In this document: piece after piece, positions 34,742-43,754 of the stretch
Position numbering within the stretch: position 1 is the first letter of the stretch
Layout: each line of letters begins with the position of its first letter
Origin: Deltaproteobacteria bacterium
Lineage (GTDB): Bacteria; Desulfobacterota; Desulfobacteria; Desulfobacterales; JAUWMJ01
Direction of reading: 5' to 3'
DNA: 64,000 nt
Assembly: GCA_030638575.1 (NCBI GenBank)
Contig: DAOWEJ010000014.1
Span: 5,041-69,040 of the forward strand
Translations under genes and position numbers: made by a program
Notes under the pieces: generated by a model
Database searches by the model: none
What the model was told of the DNA's origin: nothing
What the model saw: only the letters and a program-made list of their open reading frames with translations

Positions 34742-35479
34742 CTATTTCCATTTAATGACTCTTTTTTCCAAAAATCCCACCAATACCCACAGTGTCAATC
34801 CCATCATGGAGAGCCACAATATTGCAGCAAAGACCATGTCAACCTTGAGTCTGGCATTGGCCTGTATCATTATATAACCAAGTCCCCTTTGAGCTCCCAC
34901 CCATTCTCCGATGACAGCGCCTATAGTTGCCACAGAGACACCAACCTTGAGCCCGGCAAAAAAATGGGGAAGTGCCCATGGCCAGTAAAGAAGGCGCATG
35001 GTTTTTAAAAATCGTGCGCCCATTAATTGAAAGAGGACCCTGTATTCTGAATCGCAGCTTTTAAAACCCTCCAAAAGGTTAACTGTGATAGGGAAAAAGA
35101 TAATAACAGCAGCCATAAGTACTTTACTTGCAATTCCGTATCCAAGCCACACAACCAGAAGAGGAGCGAGTGCAAAAACCGGTATAGCCTGGGATGCAAC
35201 CAGAAAGGGAGCAATTGCTTTTTCCATTGACGGATACGCAAACATTACCATGGCCAGAGGAACCGACACAGCAAGGGAAAGCAATATCCCCGTCAAAATT
35301 TCGAGGGCCGTAACTCCCACATGGGGAAGCAGTAAAGGAGCCTGGAAAACGGCAACGCTCAATATACCGGTAGGGGCAGGAAGTATAAAGTCAGGTATAT
35401 TGAAACTCCTGCACGACAGTTCCCATACGGCAAGAATAAATAAGACTATTGAAAGGGCTATTAAACTAGAGCGGCTCAA
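34742..35479 (-). CDS. thiX: ABC transporter permease (nitrate/sulfonate/thiamine-precursor family)
   Basis: Six TM segments with a binding-protein-dependent transport motif region; operon context. Confidence 0.7.
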   Translation of the reverse strand: MSRSSLIALSIVLFILAVWELSCRSFNIPDFILPAPTGILSVAVFQAPLLLPHVGVTALEILTGILLSLAVSVPLAMVMFAYPSMEKAIAPFLVASQAIPVFALAPLLVVWLGYGIASKVLMAAVIIFFPITVNLLEGFKSCDSEYRVLFQLMGARFLKTMRLLYWPWALPHFFAGLKVGVSVATIGAVIGEWVGAQRGLGYIMIQANARLKVDMVFAAILWLSMMGLTLWVLVGFLEKRVIKWK

Positions 35480-36212
35480 TATTCAAATCTCCCTGCAACT
35501 GATTAAGAACGTGCTCTTTGATTTCTATGAGCTGTGGATCGCTTACGCTTCGCGGCTTTTTACTATCCAGAGTAAATCGCTCACGGACACGCATGGGTGC
35601 CGGGGTTAAAACCAGCAGTTCGTCTGCCATAAGGAGAGCTTCTTCAATATCATGTGTAATCATTAAGATGCTTCTATTAAAATCGCTTTGGAGCATCAGA
35701 AGTAATGACTGGAGGCTTCTCCTTGTTATGGCGTCCAAAGCTGAAAGGGGCTCATCCAACAAAACCAGTTCCCGCTCAAACATAAGTGTGCGGATAAGGG
35801 CACACCTCTGGCGCATCCCCCCTGAAATTTCCATAGGTCTGTAATTTTCAAAACCATGAATGCCCAGCCTCTTGAAAAGTGCTAAAGCCTTTTCTCTGGA
35901 TTGATCTATATCTGCATTGGCGATGCGTGCCGGAAGCAAAGCATTGTCTATCAAGGAAAACCATGGCAAAAGCAGGTCCTTTTGCTGCATATATGCGGCG
36001 TTTTCTCCCAGATGAGGCAAACTTTCTCCAAGCCAGGAGATTTCACCTCTGTCGATTGGCCAAACACCGGTTAGCAAATCAAAAAGAGTACTTTTACCGC
36101 AGCCCGACGGTCCTATAAGGACAGTGAATCCATTTTTAGGAACACTTAAATTAAAATTATCCAGTATGGAAAGGTTGTCAAAACTTTTGGATAGATTAGT
36201 AACCGTAAGCAT
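35466..36212 (-). CDS. thiZ: ABC transporter ATP-binding protein
   Basis: [36 protein letters not shown] at 36212 (MLTVTNLSKSF) is preferred because the longer ORF runs into the riboswitch. Confidence 0.8.
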   Translation of the reverse strand: MLTVTNLSKSFDNLSILDNFNLSVPKNGFTVLIGPSGCGKSTLFDLLTGVWPIDRGEISWLGESLPHLGENAAYMQQKDLLLPWFSLIDNALLPARIANADIDQSREKALALFKRLGIHGFENYRPMEISGGMRQRCALIRTLMFERELVLLDEPLSALDAITRRSLQSLLLMLQSDFNRSILMITHDIEEALLMADELLVLTPAPMRVRERFTLDSKKPRSVSDPQLIEIKEHVLNQLQGDLNIEPL

Positions 36213-36290
36213 GGAGGTATTTCTTAACGAGACCTTTGCAAAGGATCTGGATCGGAGGAAGGGCGGGATAAAATTAAATTGTGAATTTAT

Positions 36291-36380
36291 CGACTTCCCT
36301 TCGCCGGCATGATCCGGATCAGGTTCCAGGAGTCGAGACGTCAAGTCTCCTCTCAGCCGATTTTCATCGACTCCCCCAGT
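36291..36380 (-). promoter_or_regulatory. TPP (THI-box) riboswitch
   Basis: The reverse strand reads CUGGGGGAGUCG...GGCUGAGAGGAGAC...CGACUCCUGGAACCUGAUCCGGAUCAUGCCGGCGAAGGGAAG. This matches the conserved CUGAGA and ACCUGAUCYGGNUNAUNCCNGCGNAGGGA cores. Confidence 0.9.
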
Positions 36381-36515
36381 GATTTAATATTAATTGCTAA
36401 CATTACCTGTATGGTTTGTCAAACGTAATTGCTGTTATCCTAAACCGGACAAACCGGTTTGGGCAAAGCAAAAATCTAAGATTTATCGGGGAATCAACCA
36501 GCTTTTATTTTTTTA

Positions 36516-36583
36516 TCACGAAAATACGAAGACACGAAAAAAATATTTTTATTTCGTGCTTTCAACCTTTCGTGTTTTCGTTA
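36516..36583. repeat. Palindromic element with CACGAAA-type arms
   Basis: tcacgaaaatacgaagacacgaaa ... tttcgtgctttcaacctttcgtgttttcgt. Confidence 0.65.
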
Positions 36584-36623
36584 TTGATTTTAAATTTCTT
36601 GCTATAAAACGCAAAATTTGTAC

Positions 36624-37514
36624 TTAAGCGCCTAATTTTCTTCCAAGAAAAGGCTCAAAATGATACCATTCCAGAGGATGCTCGCGAAGGTTTTGCTGAA
36701 TAAGGTCTGCATAGGCCTGGGCTGATTTTTCTATGGCCTCCTTCCTGCCGGCGCGAGATGCCGCCTTGACATATATAGGCTCGGATATTGAAAAATGGTA
36801 ACTGCTTTTACCGCTGCGGAAGGAAAAAAAGATGAATAGGGGAGCGCCGGAAAGAAGGGCAAAGATGTGGGGTACTTCAGGGAGGTTTACATTATGATCT
36901 AAAAATTTAACCGAAACGGTTCTTTCATTTCCGCTCCAGATACGATCTCCGGTCAGTGAAACAAGGCCGCCTTCTTTTAAAAACTTTATTCCGTCAAGAA
37001 TATCAAAAGGAGACCCGCCTCGTTGATCCACTGCAACTATCCTGACTCCACTTTTAGAAAGGCTTTCTTTTTGAATACTCTCGATTTGTTCTTTATTCTT
37101 TATTCCCATATAAAGTAAAAGGCGCATTTCACGCTGCTGACGGCTTAAAAAATGTGCGGCTACCTCCCAGTTTCCCATATGGGACATAAGGATAATTCCA
37201 CCTGTCTTTTTTTCTATAGCTTCTTCAAGATGTTCCCATCCTGTCGATGTATAAGAGATGTTGCCGAAATTCTGAATTAAAAACCGGTCTAGAAATACAT
37301 GTGTAAAATTATGATACTGTCTCCAAGTACACCAGATATGGTATAACCTGTTTTTATCCGGGAAAAGGGCTCGATAAAAGCGCACACCGACAGCTACTTT
37401 CAAGGGAGAGAAAAGAAAAAAACCGGTGGAAATAGGCCAGGCAAATAATGTAAATACCCATGGGCCGAGCTTTTTGGTTAGAGCTATAAGGAATTTGTAA
37501 AATAATTTTTTCAT
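36624..37514 (-). CDS. LpxL/HtrB-type lysophospholipid (lipid A-like) acyltransferase (ApeD-like)
   Basis: N-terminal TM segment; catalytic-region motif ILMSHMGNWEVAA; 296 aa. Confidence 0.7.
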   Translation of the reverse strand: MKKLFYKFLIALTKKLGPWVFTLFAWPISTGFFLFSPLKVAVGVRFYRALFPDKNRLYHIWCTWRQYHNFTHVFLDRFLIQNFGNISYTSTGWEHLEEAIEKKTGGIILMSHMGNWEVAAHFLSRQQREMRLLLYMGIKNKEQIESIQKESLSKSGVRIVAVDQRGGSPFDILDGIKFLKEGGLVSLTGDRIWSGNERTVSVKFLDHNVNLPEVPHIFALLSGAPLFIFFSFRSGKSSYHFSISEPIYVKAASRAGRKEAIEKSAQAYADLIQQNLREHPLEWYHFEPFLGRKLGA

Positions 37515-37645
37515 GTTTTCATTGATAGACAGTAATTTCTACAATGCTATCACCTGGATTTTTGCGCAAATTATGTGTGCCCACTCGTCGAAGCCCAAGA
37601 ATCTGATCCTGGTATCTAAGAATCAGCCACCGCCTGATTTCCTGA

Positions 37646-39025
37646 TCACATCGAACCCAGACGTAAAATGGACAAAGGCAAAGGTATTGCCGGGATACCT
37701 TGAATGAGACCGCTCTGTTTTGATTTTGTCAATATTATTCCGTTTTTGTATTTGGAGATCTGCTTGAGCTGCTTTGGCCTAAGTTGTGCAGTCCATTTCA
37801 CTTCAACCGGCCAGAAGCGGTTCTTATCAACATAGGCTATGTCCACTTCCCCCTTTGCTTTTATATAGTAAGTCGGAAAACGCCTGCTGTAATGAGTCGC
37901 TACAATGGCTTCAGTCAACTTCCCCGACCAGTCCGAATCGCGAAGTATAGGCTTTACCTGGTCGTTAAAAGGGTCCTCACATGGTTTTAACCAGGCATTA
38001 ACCGCATGAAAGATAAAAGGATCTGTAAACATTACCTTTCTAGCCTTTTTGGGAGAAGCGGTCAGCTTGTCTTCCTGCAGGGCCGGTTGGACAAATGTTG
38101 CATCCATGGAGGTAAGGAGCGCCACATAGTCGGCAATTGTCTTGGGATGATCGATGGATAGATCACTTGACAGAGAATTCCATGTAATTTGACTCCCATA
38201 CCGTTTGATAATTGCTTCTAATATTTCCTGTAAAAAATGTTCTCGTTTGTTCCGTTTGAGAACATCTCCTCTAATCCAGTCACTGTAAGTTGAAAAAGTG
38301 GCAGGCAATATGCGCCCATATAGAGCCATATCATTAATAGCAGTGAGAAAACCACCATGCACAAGATAAATTTCAAATTCTTCGAAGAGAAGATCCAGCA
38401 ATTCAACAGAAGGGGTTTTATCGAGATCTAGTAAAAGCTCTATTTCATTTTGAGCTATCCTTTTATTAAGCATTACAAAATCAAGAAAGCTGAGCGGATA
38501 CAGATGAAAATCAACCTTGTTTGATAATCCCCTTCTGCCGGGAAAGCGCATTCGCGCATCCTTTATAATCGCCAGGTCCGAACCTGTAATCACCAGTATG
38601 GTGCGTTCTAGTATACCGCTATCGGCAAGATATTTTATGCCTTTGTCCCAGTGGTTGATATAGGTGACTTCATCAAGCAGGATGATGTTTAGACCTGTAT
38701 CCGGCATCTCTTTTATCAAGTCGACAAGCAGTCTTACCAGGGAATGATGGTCATCAATCAGTTCGCCCGTAACGAAAACAATACTTGCTGGTTGGATATG
38801 ACGCTCAAGCAGTCTGGCCATCCATTGCTTCAGCAAGGTTGTTTTTCCGATCTGACGTCCTCCGGTTAGCGTGTATATCCCCTGTTTATTATATGGGATC
38901 TGATCAAGTAACCGGGAATAATGGACAAGCGGTCGTTTGCCAAGAAGCTGAAGATGAGGGTCCAGATCAAGAAAGGCATCGGGCTTCTCAATGTGCGTAT
39001 TATGGGGTAAGAATCTGGTATCCAT
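37646..39025 (-). CDS. AAA-family ATPase (DUF4143-type)
   Basis: Walker A TGGRQIGKTTL, Walker B ILLDEV; the C-terminal EVDIAY...WPVEVKW looks like a restriction-endonuclease-like tail. Confidence 0.7.
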   Translation of the reverse strand: MDTRFLPHNTHIEKPDAFLDLDPHLQLLGKRPLVHYSRLLDQIPYNKQGIYTLTGGRQIGKTTLLKQWMARLLERHIQPASIVFVTGELIDDHHSLVRLLVDLIKEMPDTGLNIILLDEVTYINHWDKGIKYLADSGILERTILVITGSDLAIIKDARMRFPGRRGLSNKVDFHLYPLSFLDFVMLNKRIAQNEIELLLDLDKTPSVELLDLLFEEFEIYLVHGGFLTAINDMALYGRILPATFSTYSDWIRGDVLKRNKREHFLQEILEAIIKRYGSQITWNSLSSDLSIDHPKTIADYVALLTSMDATFVQPALQEDKLTASPKKARKVMFTDPFIFHAVNAWLKPCEDPFNDQVKPILRDSDWSGKLTEAIVATHYSRRFPTYYIKAKGEVDIAYVDKNRFWPVEVKWTAQLRPKQLKQISKYKNGIILTKSKQSGLIQGIPAIPLPLSILRLGSM

Positions 39026-39189
39026 GGCAAAAACTCTAAATGAAAATTATAATCAATTTAGAATGAATAAATTTATTCATCGACTATTATCTATAATTTT
39101 CAAGCAATGTCAACCTAAAAATCTTTTAAAAAGAGACTAATTTGTCCGGGTTGGGGAGATATAGCAATATATTGATAGACTTTGTTTAA

Positions 39190-39370
39190 AATACTTATTA
39201 TGGCCATTAGATAAAGAAAGATCCGTTAAGTTATAGAAAATGGGGAGAGAAAAAACATGGTTCCGGATGACCAATGGTTGGAGACTGTACGCAAGAAAAG
39301 GCAGTAACGCTAAGACCGCTACTGCCTTGTGTTTATGATAGTTAGTTACTTATTTGCGGATGTCCAGGAT
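39190..39370. repeat. Partial copy (A) of the 320-bp direct repeat that brackets the TA modules
   Basis: Shares cttattatggccattagataaagaaa and ggcagtaacgctaagMccgctactgccttgtgtttatgatagttaKttacttatttRcgga with copies B and C. Carries a ~75-bp insertion. Confidence 0.8.
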
Positions 39371-39458
39371 TCCTGTCGGCATTGCTTTCGAATATTTGCC
39401 TTTTTTCAATACCCCTGGCGATGATGTGGTGGAGGGCTTCCGAAGCCCACCCTTCCGG
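39342..39458 (-). pseudogene. Fragment of a Y1 (IS200/RAYT-like) transposase N-terminus
   Basis: The reverse strand reads PEGWASEALHHIIARGIEKRQIFESNADRNPGHPQISN*. Compare YHVMNRGRRSEIIFSDKSD of the intact gene at 43755-44729. Confidence 0.4.
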
Positions 39459-39489
39459 TCAATGTGCAGTAATAGGTTCTGTTCTCACC

Positions 39490-39786
39490 CTATAACTTTG
39501 GAGCTAAGGAACCATTTAAATATTTATGCACTATACTGGAAATAAGTGTTTGATATGGAATCCCTTCTTCGATAGCCTTTATTTGAATCTGGCGATAGTC
39601 TTTTTGAGTAAGACGAAGATTTATACGTTTGTCTTTTTTTAAGGTATTTCGGGCTGCGGCGATTGCCTTCTCTTTTTCTTGTTTGATATTTTTAACAGAC
39701 CGCCATTCTTCACGCTCTATTGATTCCATCAAGTCTTTTTCTTCCTGATCAAGTGGCTCAAAAGCCTTTCGGCTTAATTTTTTCAT
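39490..39786 (-). CDS. brnA: BrnA/CopG-type antitoxin
   Basis: C-terminal RINLRLTQKDYRQIQIKAIEEGIPYQTLISSIVHKYLNG; overlaps the upstream toxin gene by 1 nt. Confidence 0.6.
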   Translation of the reverse strand: MKKLSRKAFEPLDQEEKDLMESIEREEWRSVKNIKQEKEKAIAAARNTLKKDKRINLRLTQKDYRQIQIKAIEEGIPYQTLISSIVHKYLNGSLAPKL

Positions 39787-40055
39787 TATTTCCCCCTTAA
39801 ACCGTAACGTTTGGCATATTTACGACTTGGAAAGGCCGTTTTAAGAAAAATTTCATTATCGTTTTCTACAAAAGGTACAACAACAGCATAATTCTCTATT
39901 TCCAGAATATAAATTTTTTGATCAGATCGTCTTGGATTCTCCTCTATTCCAAGTATCTGATCTGATTCAATTAGATATGCAATTTCCTCGAATGAAATTC
40001 CACGTACCTGCTTCAAAATCTCGTTTTTTTCGGAATCCCAGTTCAAATATTTCAT
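39786..40055 (-). CDS. brnT: BrnT-like (DUF497) toxin
   Basis: 89 aa. The WDSEKNEILKQVRGISFEEI pattern resembles the BrnT N-terminus; paired with the antitoxin. Confidence 0.55.
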   Translation of the reverse strand: MKYLNWDSEKNEILKQVRGISFEEIAYLIESDQILGIEENPRRSDQKIYILEIENYAVVVPFVENDNEIFLKTAFPSRKYAKRYGLRGK

Positions 40056-40133
40056 GTTATAAATATATGCTAATGTTTGCCTTTTGTCAACAGATAGTGC
40101 AACTCAGAAGATGAATATTAAAACAGAACACCG

Positions 40134-40565
40134 CTAATCGGTCGCGCGGCTTTTTTGAATTAGCTTGGTTAGCCGTTTACGAACCGCGCTGCAGAGTTCC
40201 GGTGACAAAGCTATCGCCGATAAGTGCACTTCCACCGCAACGATTGAACCAGACAATGTGGCGAATGATTTGTTGTGCGGCAAATCACTTTGTGTAATAT
40301 TATGATTTGCCATAAGATATTTTAAGACACCGAGTGGATCGCCTTCTGAAAAAGGAAAATGTTCCTTGTCATAAGCTTCAATTAATGTTCCAACCGTATC
40401 CATCAATGCAGCTAATGGATGGCGGTCATCATTCCCGACTTCATCAATTAATTGATCTAAAAAAGCTGACAAATTATCGTATTCAGCCTCTGTATGGGGA
40501 ACAGATAAATAAGGAGCTAATGGTTGCCATTTGTTTGATATTTCACTCAAGCTATACATAACCAT
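40134..40565 (-). CDS. higA: HigA-like antitoxin (divergent C-terminus)
   Basis: The N-terminal TEAEYDNLSAFLDQLIDEVGNDDRHPLAALMDTVGTLIEAYDKEHFP pattern is typical of long HigA antitoxins. I could not recognise the HTH part cleanly. Confidence 0.5.
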   Translation of the reverse strand: MVMYSLSEISNKWQPLAPYLSVPHTEAEYDNLSAFLDQLIDEVGNDDRHPLAALMDTVGTLIEAYDKEHFPFSEGDPLGVLKYLMANHNITQSDLPHNKSFATLSGSIVAVEVHLSAIALSPELCSAVRKRLTKLIQKSRATD

Positions 40566-40568
40566 AAT

Positions 40569-40703
40569 TCATTCCTTACATTTATCTTTGACATATTCTG
40601 CATGTGTTAATACATAACGGATATAAAGTTTGTTTCGGTTATAATGTATTGCTGTAACCAAACGTACCTTGTTTCCACCGATTCCGGGGCAAAGGCTTTC
40701 CAT
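40569..40703 (-). pseudogene. higB: Truncated HigB toxin (C-terminal half only)
   Basis: The reverse strand reads MESLCPGIGGNKVRLVTAIHYNRNKLYIRYVLTHAEYVKDKCKE*. The GNKxRL...THxEY motif is the HigB C-terminus; the stop lies 3 nt before the higA ATG. Confidence 0.55.
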
Positions 40704-40917
40704 AGAGGAATTTATTGCCGGTTATTGTATGGACACTATGGAAAACGGGTACATTGATATCAGTGTTGATGAAGCTAAACAGGCGGTTTTAAGTCGCGTG
40801 GTCTTGAAATAGCTTCTTTAAAGAGATAATGCTCTAAAAAGGACTAAACTGTTACACTTGGACTTCCAGTCTCCTATTGCAAGTTATTTTGTTTTTTTAA
40901 GACGTCCCAGAGCTCAA

Positions 40918-41236
40918 CCGCTGCCTTTTTGCAGGCTTTGTTCAGCAACTTCCCAGGTGCTATATAGCTGTCAGGCTTCCCATATTCGTTCATTGTTGAA
41001 TTGCGTCCTAAGACCGCCCAACACGCTCTCTGAATTCTCAAAGGCAAATATGGGAAATCCCGTTCCCCGAAATAGTCCGTCCTTCAGCATGTATAATCGG
41101 AGATAGAGTGCTCAGATAGGCGACTGAGGAATACTGTTAGAAGCTTATTATTCCCATTAAATAAAGAAAGGCAGTAACGCTAAGCCCGCTACTACCTTGT
41201 GTTTATGATAGTTAGTTACTTATTTACGGATGTCCC
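40918..41236. repeat. 320-bp direct repeat, copy B
   Basis: About 90 percent identity by eye to 42211-42530 over the full length. ORF-track entries 40858-41106 and 42136-42399 are artefacts of this repeat. Confidence 0.9.
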
Positions 41237-41406
41237 AGGACTCTATGTTAAGGATTAAGAGAAAATGATTTAAGGAGTGTATATAAAAATATATTTTGGG
41301 ATGCAGTAAAAAAGAATAGCTATATATTGATTGACTTTGATTAAAATATTAAGTACTTTTTCATGGTACTGATATTATAGAAAGTTTATTGCTTGTTGGA
41401 GTGATT

Positions 41407-41793
41407 ATGGACAAAATTGTTGGACATTGGGTTGAAAGATCGAAATATGATCTTGATACTGCCAAAGTTATGCTGGACACAGGTCGCTATCTTTACGTTG
41501 CATATATGTGTCAGCAGACGATTGAAAAAATGCTCAAAGCTATTATAGCACATCAAGGCAAGGAGAACTTTCCTATTCACAATTTAAATCGCCTTGCAGA
41601 AATTGCTTCTATTAGCAATGAGTTAACTTCTGAACAATTTAATTTTCTTGCCGAATTGACACCTTATCATATTGAGGCACGTTATGGAGATTACAAAGAA
41701 AGTTTGTCTGAAATAATTAATGACAAAGAGGCAGAACAAATTTATAGAAAGACTAAAGGAATCTATAAATGGCTTTATCAGAAAATGAAATAA
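41407..41793 (+). CDS. HEPN-domain protein (toxin-antitoxin partner of the MNT)
   Basis: HWVERSKYDLDTAKVML...QQTIEKMLKAII...EARYGDY pattern; overlaps the downstream nucleotidyltransferase gene. Confidence 0.7.
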   Translation: MDKIVGHWVERSKYDLDTAKVMLDTGRYLYVAYMCQQTIEKMLKAIIAHQGKENFPIHNLNRLAEIASISNELTSEQFNFLAELTPYHIEARYGDYKESLSEIINDKEAEQIYRKTKGIYKWLYQKMK

Positions 41794-42107
41794 ATGAAAT
41801 TATAAAGGGTTTCATTGTAAGGCTCAAGCAGGAGATTCCAATCAAGGGAGTCATATTATTCGGTTCATATGCACATGGGAAACCCAAAGAATACAGTGAC
41901 ATTGATTTGGCTGTGATTTCAGATTGGTTCGAAGGCAGACCTAAGATAGAAAATATGAAGCACCTTTCACGAATTGCTGCCGCTTATAACAGTATGATAG
42001 AAGCACTTCCGTTTACAGAAAAAGAATATATAAATTTAGATAAAAGAACTTTTTTAGCTGGTATTGTCAAGAATGGTCGAAATTATTATGAATTAATTGA
42101 ACAGTGA
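41769..42107 (+). CDS. minimal nucleotidyltransferase (MNT)
   Basis: LFGSYAHGKPKEYSDIDLAV (GS...DxD NTase motif). Confidence 0.8.
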   Translation: MALSENEINEIIKGFIVRLKQEIPIKGVILFGSYAHGKPKEYSDIDLAVISDWFEGRPKIENMKHLSRIAAAYNSMIEALPFTEKEYINLDKRTFLAGIVKNGRNYYELIEQ

Positions 42108-42210
42108 AATTTGAAAAGCCCGGACGCAGTCAGTATTGCCCGGCGCTGTGTCCGAGTTATGTTTTGCTCAGACCGACCCCCCTTGGCCAACCCCCTTCCC
42201 TACATTACTT

Positions 42211-42530
42211 CCGCTGCCTTTTTGCAGGCTTTGTTCGGCAACTTCCCTGGTGCTATATAGCTGTCCGGCTTCCCATATTCGTTCATTTCTGGATTACGTC
42301 CTTAGAGTTCCCAACACGCTCTTTGAATTATCAAAGGCAAATATGGGAAATCCCGATCCCCGAAATAACCCGTTCTTCAGAATGTATAATCGGAGATAGA
42401 GTGCTCAGATAGGTGACTGAGAAATATTGATAAAAACTTATTATGGCCATTAGATAAAGAAAAGCAGTAACGCTAAGCCCGCTACTGCCTTGTGTTTATG
42501 ATAGTTATTTACTTATTTACGGAATGTCCC
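42211..42530. repeat. 320-bp direct repeat, copy C
   Basis: Collinear with 40918-41236; followed by a short ccggaat tandem tract at 42530-42560. Confidence 0.9.
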
Positions 42531-42575
42531 GGAATCCGTCCCGGAATCCGGAATCCGGCAACATACATATCTGCC

Positions 42576-43442
42576 TCAAAAACTCAGGATGGAATCCAAT
42601 TCCTTTTTCAGGCCATCTGAAACCGGTGTTAACGGCAAACGAACTTCCGCTGATTTGAGTAACCCAAGCCTCTTCAAACAGTATTTCAAAGGTGCCGGGT
42701 TTGGCTCTTCAAACAGCAGTGGAATAAAATCTGCAATTCTTCTCCATATAAGCAGTGCTGCTTTATGATCATTTTTTTCCAGCAATGAATATATTTCCAC
42801 AAATTTTTCAGTCATTAAATGGGCAGATGCCAGAATACCGCCATCACCGCCGTTAACCACAGTATTATAATAAAGAATATCTTCTCCGGTTAAAGCTGAA
42901 AAATCCGGGGGTTTGTTTTTTATCAGATCCATTGACTGTTTAATATTACCATTTGAATCTTTTACCCCGACGACATTTTTCTGCTCCGCCAGTTTAAAAA
43001 GAGTTTCATTTAAAAGGTTCACGCCGGTTCTGTATGGAATGTTGTAAATAATAATATTTAAATCCGTAGCCTCGGCAAGTTTTAAAAAATGCTCAGACAA
43101 ACCTCGCTGATTTGGCCTGCTATAGTAAGGGCATACCGAAAGTATTCCATCTATCTTATATTTCTCCACTTTTTTTAATTGCTTTAACAATTTGTCCGTA
43201 TAATTACCCCCAAGTCCGACATACACCGGAATGCAGTCGGCTACTGCAGCAACAGTCCGCTCAATGATTTCTTCATATTCCACATCAGTTACAACCGGGA
43301 TTTCTCCGGTGGTTCCAAGCGGTATCAGGCCCGAAATGTCATATGATAAATAATGATCGATCATCTTTTCATAGGAATCATAATCAATAACACCATTCGT
43401 GAAAGGCGTGATGATCGGCAGCCACACTCCATTAATCTTCAT
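42576..43442 (-). CDS. dihydrodipicolinate synthase (DapA) family lyase
   Basis: GTTGE motif (PLGTTGEIPV), Schiff-base Lys region VVGVKDSNGN, 288 aa. Substrate not assignable. Confidence 0.75.
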   Translation of the reverse strand: MKINGVWLPIITPFTNGVIDYDSYEKMIDHYLSYDISGLIPLGTTGEIPVVTDVEYEEIIERTVAAVADCIPVYVGLGGNYTDKLLKQLKKVEKYKIDGILSVCPYYSRPNQRGLSEHFLKLAEATDLNIIIYNIPYRTGVNLLNETLFKLAEQKNVVGVKDSNGNIKQSMDLIKNKPPDFSALTGEDILYYNTVVNGGDGGILASAHLMTEKFVEIYSLLEKNDHKAALLIWRRIADFIPLLFEEPNPAPLKYCLKRLGLLKSAEVRLPLTPVSDGLKKELDSILSF

Positions 43443-43484
43443 TTTTCAAGTCTCCTTTTTTTAGATCTCTTTTATCAAGCTGTT

Positions 43485-43530
43485 AAAAACAAAAAACCTC
43501 TTTAAGCCGGGGCAGCCTAAAGAGGTTTTT
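43485..43530 (-). terminator. Bidirectional intrinsic terminator downstream of the RAYT-like gene
   Basis: The 8-bp stem cctcttta/taaagagg is flanked by an A-run on one side and a T-run on the other. Confidence 0.55.
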
Positions 43531-43754
43531 CTCAAATAAACATATATTTATTAGTAAATCATGGTCTACCACGGCTGATATGAATCGCCTGCTTGTAAAA
43601 ACGTTTTATACGATCCTGCTTTATACGGGGTTTTCGAATCACTACATGTCTCCACTAAAATATATTGGTTTAACCACTTCATCCAACTTTATTGAATTTA
43701 TAATAAATGTCAATACTTTTGTGATTTGTCACAATCGAAATAAAGTGGTCAGGT

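Noticed and set aside
40858-41106. ORF-track proteins 40858-41106, 42104-42412 and 42136-42399 as real paralogous genes.
   Set aside because: They are translations of copies B and C of the 320-bp repeat. They lack RBS and start context, and the frame is not preserved between copies.
39190-42530. Integron / CALIN cassette array with attC sites.
   Set aside because: No integrase is in the window. The repeat units are about 320 bp rather than 60-140 bp. I could not fit the R''-L''...L'-R' (RYYYAAC...GTTRRRY) architecture to the ggcagtaac...gttac region. The observation is kept only as an unexplained cassette-like layout.
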